Source of the DNA: Candidatus Nanopusillus sp.
GTDB taxonomy: Archaea; Nanobdellota; Nanobdellia; Nanobdellales; Nanobdellaceae
Assembly: GCA_028275885.1 (NCBI GenBank)
Contig: JAPWTW010000002.1
Coordinates: 30,001-62,000 of the forward strand
Direction of reading: 5' to 3'
DNA: 32,000 nt
Made by a program: the position numbers and the translations under genes
Notes under the pieces: generated by a model
The model's input: only the letters and a program-made list of their open reading frames with translations
What the model was told of the DNA's origin: nothing
Databases searched by the model: none
Part shown: piece after piece, positions 16,440 to 24,807 of the stretch
Position numbering within the stretch: the stretch's first letter is position 1
How the letters are laid out: every line of letters starts with the position of its first letter

Positions 16440-17012
16440 ATGATAGAAAAAGAATATATAGAAAGTTTAAAAGAAAAATTTAGAGAATTTGAGGATAAAA
16501 AAGATAAAATAATTGAATTGGGAGTAAAATTAAATAGAATATCTAAATCAATAATATATTCAGTAATAAGAGGTGATATAAAATCTGCAAATGAATATAT
16601 AATTGAAATGGATAAATATAAAGAAGAAATGGATAAAATTGTAAGGGAAGAACCAAGATTATATAATAATGCTTTGATAAGTTATCAAGAATATGTAGAA
16701 GCAAAAATATTCTATAATTTTATATTAAATAATAGAATACCAAAGAATAATGAATTAAATGTTGATGAGTATTCATATATTATGGGATTGATGGATTTTG
16801 TTGGCGAATTATATAGAAAATCTATAGAAGAAATGTTAAAGAATAATTTAGAGTTTGCCGAAAAAGCTAGAGAAATTATATATGAAATATATCAAAGCAT
16901 GTTATATATGGAATTTAAAAATTATGATATAAGGAGAAAAGTAGATTATGTTGGAGATATATATAATTTATTAACAGATAAAATATTTATGAGAAAAGTT
17001 TCTAGAGAATAA
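16440..17012 (+). CDS. translin-family protein
   Basis: All-helical, about 190 aa, with the pattern YQEYVEAKIFYNFI...YIMGLMDFVGELYRKSIE...IRRKVDYV that is typical of archaeal translin/TRAX-like proteins. Confidence 0.65.
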   Translation: MIEKEYIESLKEKFREFEDKKDKIIELGVKLNRISKSIIYSVIRGDIKSANEYIIEMDKYKEEMDKIVREEPRLYNNALISYQEYVEAKIFYNFILNNRIPKNNELNVDEYSYIMGLMDFVGELYRKSIEEMLKNNLEFAEKAREIIYEIYQSMLYMEFKNYDIRRKVDYVGDIYNLLTDKIFMRKVSRE

Positions 17013-18105
17013 AAGATATATTATATAATATTAGGGCTAATAATATTATAGATATAGATGTAGTAATTACTTTTGATTCTTTTTTATCTAAAAATATTTC
17101 CAATATAGATTTTAGTGTTTTTCCTCCATCTAATGGATATATTGGTATCATATTACCAATACCAAGTCCAATATTTATTACAAATAACCAAAACAATAAT
17201 GATTCAATAAAATTAATTCCAGGAACTTTGTAATTATATTCTTGTTCAGTTACAATTCCTATAAATGGTTTGCCATCTTTATCTATTAATTTAATATTAA
17301 ATAATCCAGCACTTGTATTTAATAAAACATATTCTCCAGGTTCTGTATTATTTAAAACCTTTTCAATTTGATTTAAATATAATATTTGATTTCCATTGAT
17401 AGAATATAAAATTGTATTATTTGGTATAACATTATATGCATATGTATCTGGAAGAGTATATAAGATTTTCACATATGGTATTGATAGATTAAATATAGAA
17501 ATTATATATAGAAAAAATAAAAATAATAATAAGAAAATCAATCCAGCAATTATATTTATGGCAGAACCTGCACTATATATTTTTATTTGTTCTTTTTTAT
17601 TTAATTTCTCAATTTCTTTCTCGTCTGGCTCAACAAAAGCACCTATTAATGGTCCTAAATAAAAGAATCCCCAAGATTTTAAATCTAAATTAATTTTATA
17701 TATTAAAACACCATGTGCAAATTCATGTATAAATGCTGCTATAAAGATTGAAATTATTGTTTGTGCTATAGGCAATTTTATGGGGCCATACGATATACCA
17801 GGTAATGCTGGGGCATATGTTGGGGTTTTTGTTAAAATTCCAAAGAATAAGAAGAAAACAGCTAAAATTATTAATATAGGACCTAGAATTAATGATGATA
17901 TTGATAAAAATTTTGAAAATTTTGAATTAGAGATTTTTTTCATTATTTCTATTAATTTTTTTGTCCTAAACATTCCATAAATAAATTTATAATCGGTATT
18001 TTCTTTTTTAAAAATTTTTAAAAATATAAATATTATATTAATAGCTAAAAAAATTATTAATATACTAAGAATACCATTGTCTGATATATATAAATTATAA
18101 CTCAT
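17002..18105 (-). CDS. site-2 protease family (M50) membrane metalloprotease with PDZ-like insert
   Basis: HEFAHG zinc motif (FIHEFAHGVLIYK) in a TM helix, and a C-terminal IPIYPLDGGKTL motif. Confidence 0.85.
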   Translation of the reverse strand: MSYNLYISDNGILSILIIFLAINIIFIFLKIFKKENTDYKFIYGMFRTKKLIEIMKKISNSKFSKFLSISSLILGPILIILAVFFLFFGILTKTPTYAPALPGISYGPIKLPIAQTIISIFIAAFIHEFAHGVLIYKINLDLKSWGFFYLGPLIGAFVEPDEKEIEKLNKKEQIKIYSAGSAINIIAGLIFLLLFLFFLYIISIFNLSIPYVKILYTLPDTYAYNVIPNNTILYSINGNQILYLNQIEKVLNNTEPGEYVLLNTSAGLFNIKLIDKDGKPFIGIVTEQEYNYKVPGINFIESLLFWLFVINIGLGIGNMIPIYPLDGGKTLKSILEIFLDKKESKVITTSISIILLALILYNISFIL

Positions 18106-18303
18106 TTATTTAGTTGTTTTTCCAACAACTAATGTAATCTCCGATTTCTTCGGTCTTAGTGCTGTTGATTTGCATTTTCTACATCTAACAAGGCCAGCTC
18201 TTACTTTATCAGGATTTGCCCTAATCCTAGCTCCACATTTTCTACATATAAATATTCTATCAAATTTCCTTGCTTTAATCTCTGGTAATAAGTTTGAAGC
18301 CAT
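18106..18303 (-). CDS. rpl40e: 50S ribosomal protein L40e (eL40)
   Basis: ICRKCGARIRANPDKVRAGLVRCRKCKSTALRPKK is a zinc-ribbon eL40 pattern. Confidence 0.9.
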   Translation of the reverse strand: MASNLLPEIKARKFDRIFICRKCGARIRANPDKVRAGLVRCRKCKSTALRPKKSEITLVVGKTTK

Positions 18304-18328
18304 TATAGAGATAAATTATCAATAATAT

Positions 18329-18859
18329 TTATAATAATTTGTATTCTGCCATATTTATATATAAGGGACCTTCAGGTCTTAATATACTCTGCTTTATATA
18401 AAATCTATCTATTAAAATATCATCAGATATATATTTGGATAATTTTTCAATTGATTCTTTAAATTCTTTTTTATTTATTATTTCTTTTATTCTATATAAT
18501 GTAATATGTGGAGAAAATTTATAATCTCTATCAATTTTTATTTTATATAATTGTTCGTCTATCAAATTATGTAAATTAATTATATCTTCATATCCTTCAT
18601 ATATACCTATCCAAACTACTCTATCTCCAAATGTTCCAATATTACCAATTTTTATACTAAATTTATTATACTTTATATTATTTAATTCTTCTTTTATTTT
18701 TTCAAATATATTTGGCTGTACATCCCCAATAAATTTTAATGTTATATGAAAATTTTCTTTTTCAACAGGTTTTCCATATATACCCCTTAAACCTTTTCTA
18801 ATTTTTTCTATTTCATCTTTTATCTTTTCTGGTAGATCTATTGCTATAAATATCCTCAT
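18329..18859 (-). CDS. thpR: RNA 2',3'-cyclic phosphodiesterase / 2'-5' RNA ligase (2H phosphoesterase, LigT/ThpR)
   Basis: Two HxT motifs (FHITLKFIG and PHITLYRI) and the N-terminal MRIFIAIDLP. Confidence 0.85.
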   Translation of the reverse strand: MRIFIAIDLPEKIKDEIEKIRKGLRGIYGKPVEKENFHITLKFIGDVQPNIFEKIKEELNNIKYNKFSIKIGNIGTFGDRVVWIGIYEGYEDIINLHNLIDEQLYKIKIDRDYKFSPHITLYRIKEIINKKEFKESIEKLSKYISDDILIDRFYIKQSILRPEGPLYINMAEYKLL

Positions 18860-19389
18860 AAGAGAATTATTGCAAAAAATATAATATAAATTATATAAGA
18901 TAAATATTCCTGTAATTTTCTATTTTCTCTATTATTTAAAATCGGTATAACAAATTTATAGTTTGATAATGGATATAAAGGATAAATTCCAGAAACTGTT
19001 AATGAATCTTCAATGATATGTAATAAAAAAGCTAAAGAAAATAAATAAAATATTTTCATTATAAATAATCCTAAAAGGAAAAATATTATTATTGGAAATA
19101 TTGAATGGGTAAATCCTCTATGTTTAAATAATTTTAATAAAAATAAAATAAATAGATAGTATGGATATAATAAATATTTTAGAATTTTTGATTTATTTAT
19201 ATCTTCATATTGCTTATTTGCCCATTTATAAATTTTATAATCATAATCTGGTATTATACAAATAAGCCCAACTATTATTGATATAATTATTGAAGATATT
19301 TTATCAAAATTAAATATATAGAAAAATATAATATATGTTATAAATGATGATAATGCCTGATGAAACCTAATTATCATAATTTTTATCAA
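18856..19389 (-). CDS. membrane-bound metal-dependent hydrolase, YdjM/DUF457 family
   Basis: HRGFTHS motif, HIIEDSLTVSGIYPLYP, and several TM helices. Confidence 0.65.
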   Translation of the reverse strand: MIKIMIIRFHQALSSFITYIIFFYIFNFDKISSIIISIIVGLICIIPDYDYKIYKWANKQYEDINKSKILKYLLYPYYLFILFLLKLFKHRGFTHSIFPIIIFFLLGLFIMKIFYLFSLAFLLHIIEDSLTVSGIYPLYPLSNYKFVIPILNNRENRKLQEYLSYIIYIIFFAIILL

Positions 19390-19411
19390 TATCTAAAAAA
19401 TATTAAAGTAT

Positions 19412-19774
19412 ATGGGTGATATAGATTATGATAAAATAATTAATAATTTACTAGAATTTGAAAAATATAATGAAGTTCTATTTGGTTTTAAAAAATATTT
19501 GGATAGTATAAAAGAAGATATAGATAAATTGAAATCTGAAATTGAAAATAATAAGGCAGAGAATAAAAGAATAGAAGATAGATTGAATTTATTAGAAGAT
19601 AAATATAATAATATTTCAAATGATATAAAAAACATATATAATTTACTAGATGAGATAAATAAAAAGCTAACTGAAATAAATAATAAATTAAATGAAGAAT
19701 ATATAAATGAGAAGATAGATAATTATAGATATAAATTATTATTGGAGAAATTAAAGGAATTGAATGGCATATAA
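19412..19774 (+). CDS. hypothetical coiled-coil protein
   Basis: 120 aa, heptad-like and rich in K, E and N. No family recognised. Confidence 0.45.
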   Translation: MGDIDYDKIINNLLEFEKYNEVLFGFKKYLDSIKEDIDKLKSEIENNKAENKRIEDRLNLLEDKYNNISNDIKNIYNLLDEINKKLTEINNKLNEEYINEKIDNYRYKLLLEKLKELNGI

Positions 19775-20117
19775 ATTAGTAATTGTAGTTAGAAAAGATT
19801 TGGATATTGGAAAAGGAAAATTATGTACTCAAATAGCTCATGCTGCTGTTGAAGCTGTTTTAAATCAATTGGAAAAAGATAAAGATATTGTAAGAAAATG
19901 GAGGGAAGAAGGTGCAAAGAAAATTGTTGTATATGTAAGAAATTTAGATGAATTAATGAGTGTATATAATCAATCTATATCACAAAATTTAAATACTGTT
20001 CTAATAAAAGATGCTGGATTAACTCAATTAGAGCCTGGGACTATTACTTGTATAGGTATAGGTCCAGATATTGAAGAAAAGATTAATAAAGTAACTGGTT
20101 CATTAAAATTATTATGA
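19764..20117 (+). CDS. pth2: peptidyl-tRNA hydrolase, archaeal type (Pth2)
   Basis: YKLVIVVRKDLDIGKGKLCTQIAHAAV ... IKDAGLTQLEPGTITCIGIGP is the canonical Pth2 pattern. Confidence 0.95.
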   Translation: MAYKLVIVVRKDLDIGKGKLCTQIAHAAVEAVLNQLEKDKDIVRKWREEGAKKIVVYVRNLDELMSVYNQSISQNLNTVLIKDAGLTQLEPGTITCIGIGPDIEEKINKVTGSLKLL

Positions 20118-20464
20118 GTGAAGAATTAAAGGATGTATGGAATGTAGAAATAAAAACATCTTTTGATGTAAATAATATAATTTATGAGAAAAAGGTTTTA
20201 ATAATTATTAAAAATCATTCTCCATATGTTAGAAAATTTGAAGTAGGAACTAAATATATAAATATAAAAGATCAATATGAAGCATTAAAATTTAGAATGC
20301 ATTATAATTTAATTTCTCCTGTAGTAATATCTATAGATAAATATAGAAAGGAAATTATTGAGGTTTTTATACCAAAGATAAATCATCATTTGGGAGATAA
20401 TATTATATTTTATGTGAAAAATCTTGATAAGAATGAAGAAAAAGAAATACAATACAATCTATAA
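20114..20464 (+). CDS. hypothetical protein
   Basis: 116-aa ORF that overlaps the neighbouring genes in the operon by a few bases. No motif recognised. Confidence 0.45.
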   Translation: MSEELKDVWNVEIKTSFDVNNIIYEKKVLIIIKNHSPYVRKFEVGTKYINIKDQYEALKFRMHYNLISPVVISIDKYRKEIIEVFIPKINHHLGDNIIFYVKNLDKNEEKEIQYNL

Positions 20465-20741
20465 AAATATAGCAAAAAGAAGAATTTTTGAATTATATAA
20501 ATTAGCTTTAGAAAATATAGATAATATTGAATTAGCTAGAAGATATATATTTATACTATGGAAGATAAAAAATAAAGCAAGAATAAAATTACCAAAAGAA
20601 TTGAGAAATAAATTTTGTAAAAAATGTTATACTCCCTGGGTTGTTGGAAAAACATTGCAGATAAGGATAAGAAAAGGTAGAATTATATATAAATGTTTAT
20701 ATTGTAATAGGGTAAAGAGATTCATAATAAGAAAGGTTTAA
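20424..20741 (+). CDS. rnp4: RNase P protein component 4 (Rpp21/Rpr2 family)
   Basis: An N-terminal helical AKRRIFELYKLALE...LARRYIFILWKIKNKARIKLPKELRNKFCKKC is followed by a zinc ribbon (CKKC...CLYC). The start may instead be the ATG at 20433. Confidence 0.85.
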   Translation: MIRMKKKKYNTIYKNIAKRRIFELYKLALENIDNIELARRYIFILWKIKNKARIKLPKELRNKFCKKCYTPWVVGKTLQIRIRKGRIIYKCLYCNRVKRFIIRKV

Positions 20742-20744
20742 AAA
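20737..20744 (+). promoter_or_regulatory. TATA-like box TTTAAAAA about 27 bp upstream of the 5S rRNA 5' end
   Basis: Spacing to helix I of the 5S rRNA. Overlaps the rnp4 stop codon. Confidence 0.3.
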
Positions 20745-20765
20745 ACATTTATTTTAAAAATAATC

Positions 20766-20882
20766 TTAGGGCGGCCAAAGTGGCCGGGAAACACCCGTAC
20801 CCATTTCGAACACGGAAGTTAAGCCGGCTTACGTCCGTGCGAGTACTGGCGGTAGCTGGGAAAGCACGGAAGCCGCCCGACG
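20766..20882 (+). rRNA. rrf: 5S ribosomal RNA
   Basis: GC-rich island. Helix I pairs GGGCGGC (20769-20775) with GCCGCCC (20872-20878). The internal CCCGTACCCATTTCGAACACGGAAGTTAAGCC is the conserved 5S loop B/C region. It is followed by a T5 run. Confidence 0.95.
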
Positions 20883-20921
20883 AAATTTTTAAAAAATCTT
20901 TATGAGAATTGTACTATTCTC

Positions 20922-21209
20922 ATGGAGGACGGAATAGAGTTTTATGGATATGAATATAAAGAAATATTAGAAAAAAGTAAAAAGATTATAGTATATGATA
21001 TGCTTGGACATTCAAAACCAATATTAACGAAAGATTATATTAAAGAAGCATTTCCAATAATGTCTGAATATTTATATGAAAAATCTATACTTATATCGAA
21101 ATCTAATAATGATTGGATAAAATTTTATCATTCTGATGTAGACACAATTGATAAAATAAAGGAGGATTACATTAATGAAGGGTTTGAACTATTATTAAAA
21201 ATTTTATAA
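20922..21209 (+). CDS. hypothetical protein
   Basis: 95-aa ORF with no motif recognised. Confidence 0.45.
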   Translation: MEDGIEFYGYEYKEILEKSKKIIVYDMLGHSKPILTKDYIKEAFPIMSEYLYEKSILISKSNNDWIKFYHSDVDTIDKIKEDYINEGFELLLKIL

Positions 21210-21210
21210 A

Positions 21211-21268
21211 TTTTTCAGTTTGCCCATCAATCATCACTATTCAGATCGTTGATCCATCATCATCTTTC
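21211..21268 (-). ncRNA. C/D box sRNA (2'-O-methylation guide)
   Basis: The minus strand reads AAAG ATGATGA TGGATCAACGAT CTGA ATA GTGATGA TTGATGGGCAAA CTGA AAAA. In plus coordinates: C box 21257-21263, D' 21241-21244, C' 21231-21237, D 21215-21218. Both guides are exactly 12 nt. Confidence 0.75.
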
Positions 21269-21280
21269 TAGAAATATTAT

Positions 21281-21288
21281 TTTTAAAT
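21281..21288 (+). promoter_or_regulatory. TATA-like box TTTTAAAT about 26 bp upstream of the S17 ATG (start of the r-protein operon)
   Basis: Spacing to the ATG at 21311. Confidence 0.3.
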
Positions 21289-21310
21289 CTATTTATAATT
21301 TAATCATAAA

Positions 21311-21646
21311 ATGGTACAGAAGACTCATGTTAAGAATATAGGAATTGAAGGTATAAATCCACCAGAAAATGTATGTGATGATAAAAAGTGTCCATGGCAT
21401 GGAGAAATAAGGATTAGAGGATTCTTATTTGAAGGAAAAGTTGAGAGAGTTAGAAGAAGAATAGCATTAGTAACTTTTTATAGATATTATTATATTCCAA
21501 AATATGAAAGATACATGATAAGAAGATCAAAAATTAAGGCTCATATTCCAAAATGTTTAGATATAAAGGAAGGAGATGATGTTATTATTGGAGAAACAAG
21601 GCCTTTATCAAAGACAATACACTTTGTTGTAATTAGTAAAAAATGA
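21311..21646 (+). CDS. rps17: 30S ribosomal protein S17 (uS17)
   Basis: CDDKKCPWHGEIRIRG...GKV...IPKYERY...AHIP...GDDVIIGETRPLSKT is the typical archaeal uS17 pattern. Confidence 0.9.
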   Translation: MVQKTHVKNIGIEGINPPENVCDDKKCPWHGEIRIRGFLFEGKVERVRRRIALVTFYRYYYIPKYERYMIRRSKIKAHIPKCLDIKEGDDVIIGETRPLSKTIHFVVISKK

Positions 21647-22047
21647 AGCCAATTAGTGCAAAAATAACTAAGGGAATTACTGTTGGTACAATCTTAAAGG
21701 TTGCAGATAATTCAAAAGCAAAACTAGCAAAGGTAATTGCTGTAATTGGATATAAAGGTGTAAAAAGAAGATATGCAAGAGCAGGTATTGCTGATATGGT
21801 TTCTGTATCAATAATAGATGGAGATTTATCATTAGTTGGTAAAGTAATGAAAGCAGTAATAATTAGACAAAGAAAAGAATATAGAAGAAAGGATGGTACA
21901 AGAATAAAATTTGAGGATAATGCATGTGTAATTATAAAAGATGAAAAAACTGGAACACCAGCAGGTACAATTATTAGAGGACCTGTGGCAAGAGAAGTTG
22001 TTGAAAGATGGCCGGAAATTGGAAAAATTGCAAGTATAATTGTATAA
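21643..22047 (+). CDS. rpl14: 50S ribosomal protein L14 (uL14)
   Basis: LKVADNSKAK...RRYARAGIADMVSVSI...AVIIRQRKEYRRKDGTRIKFEDNACVII...GPVAREV. Overlaps S17 in an ATGA. Confidence 0.9.
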   Translation: MKPISAKITKGITVGTILKVADNSKAKLAKVIAVIGYKGVKRRYARAGIADMVSVSIIDGDLSLVGKVMKAVIIRQRKEYRRKDGTRIKFEDNACVIIKDEKTGTPAGTIIRGPVAREVVERWPEIGKIASIIV

Positions 22048-22573
22048 AATGGTTTTAAAAATAAAAAATATTGATTATAATGATTGGAGTCCATCATGGA
22101 AATCTTCTAAAAGCTCTAGAAAACAGAGAAAATATATAATAAATGCACCTTTACATATTAGGGGTAAGATAATTTCATCAATGTTGTCAAAAGATATAAA
22201 AAAATTAATCAATATAAATTCTTTACCATTAAGGGTTGGAGATTATGTTAAAGTTTTAAGAGGTAAATATAGAAATACTGAAGGATTTGTAATATATATA
22301 GATAGAAAAAGATATAAAGTATATGTAGATAATGTTAAATTTACAAACAAAGCAAATAGAGAAGTATATAAACCTCTTCATAGTTCAAAATTATTAATAT
22401 TAAAGTTAAATTTAAAGGATAAAAAGAGAATAAAAGTTATAAAGAGAAAAATGAGAGCAAAGAATATTGAAGAAAATAAAATAGAAGAATTAATAAGTCA
22501 ATTAATAAATAATTTCTCAGTAAAGGAAGATGAATTGGCAAAAGTAATGGAATTGAACAAAAAGTTTAAATAA
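22040..22573 (+). CDS. rpl24: 50S ribosomal protein L24 (uL24), with N- and C-terminal extensions
   Basis: SRKQRKYIINAPLHIRGKIISSMLSKD followed by the KOW motif VGDYVKVLRGKYRNTEG. The track start at 22040 is TTG, and the ATG at 22049 is an equally likely start. Confidence 0.85.
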   Translation: MYKMVLKIKNIDYNDWSPSWKSSKSSRKQRKYIINAPLHIRGKIISSMLSKDIKKLININSLPLRVGDYVKVLRGKYRNTEGFVIYIDRKRYKVYVDNVKFTNKANREVYKPLHSSKLLILKLNLKDKKRIKVIKRKMRAKNIEENKIEELISQLINNFSVKEDELAKVMELNKKFK

Positions 22574-22609
22574 GAAAATATTTTAAAATAATTATTAAAA
22601 AATAATAAA

Positions 22610-23341
22610 ATGGCTCATGTTTCTAATAAAAGGCATTTAAGAAATATTACAATACCAAAAACGTGGCCAATAAGTAGAAAGAAATATTATTGGATTATTA
22701 GACCATCAACAAATGGATATAAATTTGAATATGGAATGCCAATATTATTATGGTTAAGAGATTATTTAAAAATTGTAAAAAATAAGAGAGAAGCAAAATA
22801 TTTACTAAGAAATGAAAAAGTTTTAGTAAATAATAAGAAAATAAAAGATTTGGGATATAATGTTGGGCTTTTTGATGTTATATCAATTAAAGATTTAAAT
22901 AAAAATTATAGGGTTGTTATGTCTGATAATTTAAAATTAAAATTAATTGAAATCTCAGAACAGGAAAAAGATTTGAAAATAATAAAAATTATAAGAAAGA
23001 ATCTTGTTAAGGGAGGAAAAATACAGGTTACAGGAATTGATGGAAGGAATTTTATAATTGATGATAAAGATATAAAGACAGGTGATAGCATTTTATTCAA
23101 CACAAAAGAAAACAAAGTAGAAAAGATAATAAAAATGAATAAAGGAAATTTAATATATATATTCTATGGGGCAAAGGTAAGTACTATTGGAAAATTAGAG
23201 AATATAAAAATATTAAGAAAACCTTTTGGGCATACAAGATTTGTAGAATATATAAATATAGATAACAATAAGAAAGAAGAAACAATATTTGATTATTCAA
23301 TTGTAATAGGCGAAGACAAACCTTTAATTACTGTAAGATGA
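22610..23341 (+). CDS. rps4e: 30S ribosomal protein S4e (eS4)
   Basis: KRHLRNITIPKTWPISRKKYYWIIRPSTNGYKFEYGMPILLWLRDYL is the typical eS4 N-terminus. Confidence 0.9.
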   Translation: MAHVSNKRHLRNITIPKTWPISRKKYYWIIRPSTNGYKFEYGMPILLWLRDYLKIVKNKREAKYLLRNEKVLVNNKKIKDLGYNVGLFDVISIKDLNKNYRVVMSDNLKLKLIEISEQEKDLKIIKIIRKNLVKGGKIQVTGIDGRNFIIDDKDIKTGDSILFNTKENKVEKIIKMNKGNLIYIFYGAKVSTIGKLENIKILRKPFGHTRFVEYINIDNNKKEETIFDYSIVIGEDKPLITVR

Positions 23342-23868
23342 ACTCAAATAAAAATAATATAATGAGAAGAATTATTATTGATAAGGTGACAATAAATATT
23401 GGAGTAGGTAAACCAGGTGAACCTTTGGAAAAGGCAGAAAAACTATTAAAAAAGATGTTTCCAAATCTTAAACCTGTTAGAACAAAGGCAAAGAAAAGGG
23501 TACAGGCTTGGGGGATTAGACCAGGATTGGAAATTGGAGTTAAATTAACAATAAGGGGTAAGATGGCTGAAGAAGCATTAAAATGGTTATTGAAGGCAGT
23601 AAATAATACATTAAAAGAATCTCAATTTGATAAATATGGAAACTTTGGATTTGGAATAAAGGAATATGTATGGATACCTGGTATGAAATATGATCCATCA
23701 ATTGGTATATATGGTATGGATGTTATAGTAACTGTTAGGAGACCTGGATATAGAGTAATGTATAGAAGAATTAAGAGATCAAGAATACCTGAAAGACATA
23801 GAACTACAAAAGAGGAAGTTATAGAATATTTAAGAAATAATTTTGGTGTAAATATTGTAAAAGAATAA
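23338..23868 (+). CDS. rpl5: 50S ribosomal protein L5 (uL5)
   Basis: MRRIIIDKVTINIGVG...FGFGIKEYVWIPGMKYDPSIGIYGMDVIVT is the uL5 pattern. Confidence 0.9.
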   Translation: MNSNKNNIMRRIIIDKVTINIGVGKPGEPLEKAEKLLKKMFPNLKPVRTKAKKRVQAWGIRPGLEIGVKLTIRGKMAEEALKWLLKAVNNTLKESQFDKYGNFGFGIKEYVWIPGMKYDPSIGIYGMDVIVTVRRPGYRVMYRRIKRSRIPERHRTTKEEVIEYLRNNFGVNIVKE

Positions 23869-23899
23869 TTTTTAATATTTTTTATAATATAAAGATAAA

Positions 23900-24433
23900 A
23901 TGAGAGTTCCAATTATGATAGATTATGTAGAAATACCGAATGGTGTAAATATATCAATAGAAGATGGAAAAATATATATAAAAGGACCTAAAGGAGAAAA
24001 ATATAGAAAGATAAATAATAGAAATATTATTGTTGAAATAAAAGAAAATAAAATAATATTTAAGGCATATTTTCCATCAAAGAAAATAATTAGAGATATG
24101 AATACAATGGTTGCACATATAAAAAACGATATTGAAGGTGTAACAAAAGGTTTTGTATATAAATTAAGAGGTGTTTCAATACACTTTCCATTGAAATTAA
24201 AATTACAAAATAATAAATTAATAATTGAAAATTATATGGGTGGAAGGGATATAAAAGAGATAGAAATACCTAAAGGTGTAAAAGCTACATTGAATGAAAA
24301 TGAGATTACATTAGAGGGATATGATATAGAAGTATTAGGAAATTTAGCAGGATTAATAGAAAATTCAGTAAAGCCAAGAGAAAAGGATTTAAGAAAGTTC
24401 CAAGATGGAATTTATATTGTTCAAAAACCATGA
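23900..24433 (+). CDS. rpl6: 50S ribosomal protein L6 (uL6)
   Basis: IKGPKGE...MVAHIKNDIEGVTKGFVYKLRGVSIHFP...REKDLRKFQDGIYIV is the uL6 pattern. Confidence 0.9.
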   Translation: MRVPIMIDYVEIPNGVNISIEDGKIYIKGPKGEKYRKINNRNIIVEIKENKIIFKAYFPSKKIIRDMNTMVAHIKNDIEGVTKGFVYKLRGVSIHFPLKLKLQNNKLIIENYMGGRDIKEIEIPKGVKATLNENEITLEGYDIEVLGNLAGLIENSVKPREKDLRKFQDGIYIVQKP

Positions 24434-24807
24434 TGAATAAATTATTAAAATTAAGAAAAATAATTAAGAGGAAAAAACCAGATTATTTTAGATATCAATG
24501 GTGGAAAGTAATAAAATTGAGAAATAAAAAAGAATCTTGGAGAAGACCAAGGGGTATACATAATAAGGTAAGAAAGAAATTAAAAAGCAGAGTTTCTATG
24601 GTAGAAGTTGGATATGGTTCTCCAAAAGAAGTAAAGGGGTTATTGCCAAATGGTAAGAAACCTATATTAGTACATAATATAGAAGAATTAGAAAAAATAG
24701 ACAAAGAAAAAGAATGTGCAATAATTGCTTCTAATGTTGGAAAAAGAAAAAGAGAACAAATAATAAATAGGGCAAAAGAACTAAATATTGAAATTTTTAA
24801 TATCTAA
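24430..24807 (+). CDS. rpl32e: 50S ribosomal protein L32e (eL32)
   Basis: FRYQWWKVIKLRNKKESWRRPRGIHNKVRKK...GYGSPKEVKGLLPNG...ASNVGKRKR is the eL32 pattern. Confidence 0.9.
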   Translation: MMNKLLKLRKIIKRKKPDYFRYQWWKVIKLRNKKESWRRPRGIHNKVRKKLKSRVSMVEVGYGSPKEVKGLLPNGKKPILVHNIEELEKIDKEKECAIIASNVGKRKREQIINRAKELNIEIFNI

